The position numbers and the translations under genes were made by a program. From the NCBI GenBank assembly GCA_036172245.1, contig JAYWIR010000018.1:2728001-2792000 (forward strand): 64,000 bases of DNA, given 5' to 3'. This DNA is from Raillietiella orientalis. Taxonomy: Eukaryota. Below are positions 61,540-64,000 of this stretch, piece after piece. Below the pieces are notes generated by a model. The model worked only from the letters and a program-made list of their open reading frames with translations, was not told the origin of the DNA and ran no database searches. The first letter of the stretch is position 1; each line of letters starts with the position of its first letter.

Positions 61540-63100
61540 GGAAGTGCATCTTTGAAGAGAAAACACCCAAGATCACATGTTCGAGCCGTACAGAAGGAAG
61601 AAAATCACGTGCGACCCCCAAGGCAAGGCAGCACGGACATTCCTCGTTGCGAACGGCAGGCTCAAGGGAATGCCATGTCCTGCGTGGGGCAGCGTGGGAC
61701 TGACGGTCGTCTTCCGTTTAATAGCATTGATGCGGCACGGTCCGAATCTCGTGGACCTCAGGGTGACATTGAACTTCTCTACCCAAGGCGCGGAAGATGG
61801 GAAGAATAACGTGGCCACATCCTTAACATGCTTGAGTAACCAGACCATGTTTGAGGATAGGCACGGAAGAGCTGGTGCTGCCCTCAAACACTAGGACCTG
61901 GCGGGATCCCAATTCCCTGTTCACAACTGAACCCAGTCCCACTGCTCCAGTGCGAAGGGAAGGTTAATATCCTATTGAATATCCCATTGCCCTTACAAGG
62001 GACCACGTTGGGTCAAGAAGCAGGAGAGTGGAGGGAGAACGAGTATCTACGAGGACCGGCTCCCGCTTGCCCTGCCCAACTGCACCCCAATGAGGTCGTC
62101 TTTATGGCAGTCCTAGTTGGAATCCCCTGTAAGCTTGGAATGCCAATGATGAAGCACTGAGGGAACTGAAATCTCTTAAGAAACGGATGGAACGAGAATG
62201 AAGTGCTCAAAAGCACAGTACACATGGGAAGCATGGGCTGGTTCAATGCCTCTGTTGAAAAAAAAAACCCTAGAAAATCAAAGGAAGGCATTCCGGGAGA
62301 AAATATCACTTAAGGCGAAGAATTCGACTTCTCTAAGCTCCAAACAAGGATGAAAGCTTATCCCTTGGTGACTCCCTCCCTTATCTCCATCTGATGTGGA
62401 TAAAAATTCTTACATTCATTTTTACCCATTTGTTGTCACCACCTCCCTTTCCACTGAAGGTGAATAGGGGTCCCCTGGTTATTGGGAGTGCACTCGATGC
62501 TGTAAACACAAGAAGGAAATAAACCCTTTACAAGTCACTTGTTCAAGGCGCCGTGTAAGTGCGTTGCTGGCGTTTCGGCCCCGCTCGGTCGCACAGAGAT
62601 TGCAACCACTCGCACTTGGGCTTCCCTGTAGTCTATACGCTCCTGGTCCACTGTCGAAATTTATCAAATCTCTTTCACTGGAAAAGGCTTTTCTTAGCAT
62701 GCGTATCGTTGAAAGCTGCAGTGCCCGAAGCGCGCATCCGTTCACTTGCCAGATCAGCGGCTTCAGCATCTCTAAAGGAATTGGACTTCGAATTCTCTAA
62801 AAAAAAAAAGGGGCATTCCTGCTTGCCAGATACGAGCGTTGCTTCCGGAGTGCATTTTTTCCCCCTCTCTTTCCATCGCCGAAAGTTCATCTCGCCTGGA
62901 AACGGAATCCTACGGACTGCTTTTTGAGCGGGGAACTCTTCGTTCACACAAAGCTTCCCGTTGCCTTCGCTTCCAAGTGGAGGACATGCGCACATCTTGG
63001 CTGCGCCGCTTGCAATCCCCTTCAAATCGAGGATTTCAGACGTGCACCCTGGAAGGTGTCGGTCAACTTGGACATCGTTCCGAATGGGGACACTGTAGTT
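61540..63100 (-). mobile_element. Decayed DIRS-like tyrosine recombinase region
   Basis: In order: EFLS, FNRGI, AIKTT, LGRASGSRSS (cf. LALASG.R.SE), and C-terminal NVRAALPWGSHVIFFLLY (cf. AA.W.S..TF..FY). Confidence 0.6.
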
Positions 63101-63140
63101 TACAGGGAGCACTCAGTTTAATTCATAAATTGCATAACTA

Positions 63141-63867
63141 TACGAGGAGAATTTCAAAAGTAAAAGCCAGTCGGATAGAAAGAAAGAACAGATAAGAGAA
63201 ACAAAAACGTATTGGTGGTTCGAAACACATACATCCCCGTGTCATTTTTCTGCGTAGTCACCACTTTTTTCAAAAAGTCCCCATTTGAATTCCTGAATTT
63301 TCTGGACAGCAGTGTGTGGGCGCGCGTTGTCCGCGAAGGAGAATTCCTGATCTCAGCATTCCACGTCGTCGGTTCCGCTGGACGGCACGCCGCAGTGTTG
63401 AAAGTGTTTTTCGCAGTAGGCTTGCGAGGTGGTGGTTGTTCCGGGCTCCGTAAAGTCCACCCTTCAAAGCGCACCCTTCGGTCCCACACACTGCCGTGTC
63501 CTCACATTCCAGACAATTTGGAAATTCAAATGGGGACTTTTTGATCACTCGGCCCTGACCTCGCCCCCAGTGACCACCACGTCTTCCTCCACCTCAAGGA
63601 GTGGCTCAACGATTCGAGGGGGAAAGGGAGGAGTGGAAAAGCGCAGTGCTGCTGCTGGACTGGCTGAACTGCTAGGCGGTGGAATTCCATGCAGGAGCTT
63701 TCAAAAAGCTTCTTCGATGATATCAAAAGTGCTTGGAGAAAAGATGGCGACCACGTAGAAGAATGACACGGGGATGTATGTGTTTCGAACCACCAATACG
63801 TTTTTGTCTCTCTTATTTGTTCTTTCTTTACATCGGATAGGCCATTACTTTTGAAACACGGCTCGTA
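63141..63867. mobile_element. Non-autonomous fold-back mariner derivative (two transposase 3' ends in inverted orientation), flanked by TA
   Basis: Starts TA-CGAG..TTCAAAAGTAA and ends TTACTTTTGAA..CTCG-TA. The inverted arms are about 125 bp, with 46 bp perfect (63201-63246 versus 63762-63807). Plus strand: FKWGLFDH, PDLAPSDHHVFLHLKEWL, YQKCLEK-DGDHVEE*. Minus strand: LRRAVQRNRRRGMLRSGILL, DNARPHTA. Confidence 0.9.
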
Positions 63868-63911
63868 CCTTATTTCTACCCCTGTTATAAAGAAATTGTT
63901 GTTCTACAATA

Positions 63912-64000
63912 AATAATGGATGCAATAACGCATATCCGGGCAACAACTTATGAGCAGTGGATGCAAGAATGCATACTGATGTGACAACTTATGAATAATG
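63912..64000. repeat. 41-bp tandem repeat running off the window edge
   Basis: Units at 63912-63952 and 63953-63993, with a third starting at 63994; conserved TGGATGCAA..GCATA..ACAACTTATG. Confidence 0.7.

Noticed and set aside
1..64000. CRISPR array, operon, prophage or rRNA
   Set aside because: No repeat-spacer array, operon-like gene density or rRNA signature; spliceosomal introns and TE content show eukaryotic DNA.

Overview
This is eukaryotic, invertebrate-type (probably arthropod) genomic DNA, not prokaryotic. Two host features are well supported. One is a multi-exon gene on the minus strand (11114-20142) for a Cys-rich, probably secreted or GPI-anchored protein resembling the DUF7044/DUF7042/DUF7043 family; ten exons were reconstructed by hand with consistent phases, and the first (signal-peptide) exon was not found. 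The other is a tRNA-Arg(ACG) at 28783-28855. Most of the rest is decayed transposable elements: more than a dozen DIRS-like (tyrosine-recombinase retrotransposon) fragments, four copies of a tRNA-headed SINE-like repeat, a 5'-truncated L1/Tx1-like LINE with a 488-codon open C-terminal ORF, hAT, BEL/Pao and Tc1-like remnants, and a fold-back mariner derivative made of two 3' ends. An AT-rich, intronless, frameshifted ankyrin-repeat island (24555-25420) is a candidate endosymbiont-derived insertion. TE calls come from motif recognition in heavily frameshifted sequence, so their boundaries are approximate. I found no convincing complete novel system. The best leads are the fold-back mariner, the ankyrin island, short high-identity patches between otherwise diverged neighbouring TE copies, a shared LINE 3' junction motif, and unusual splicing in the host gene.
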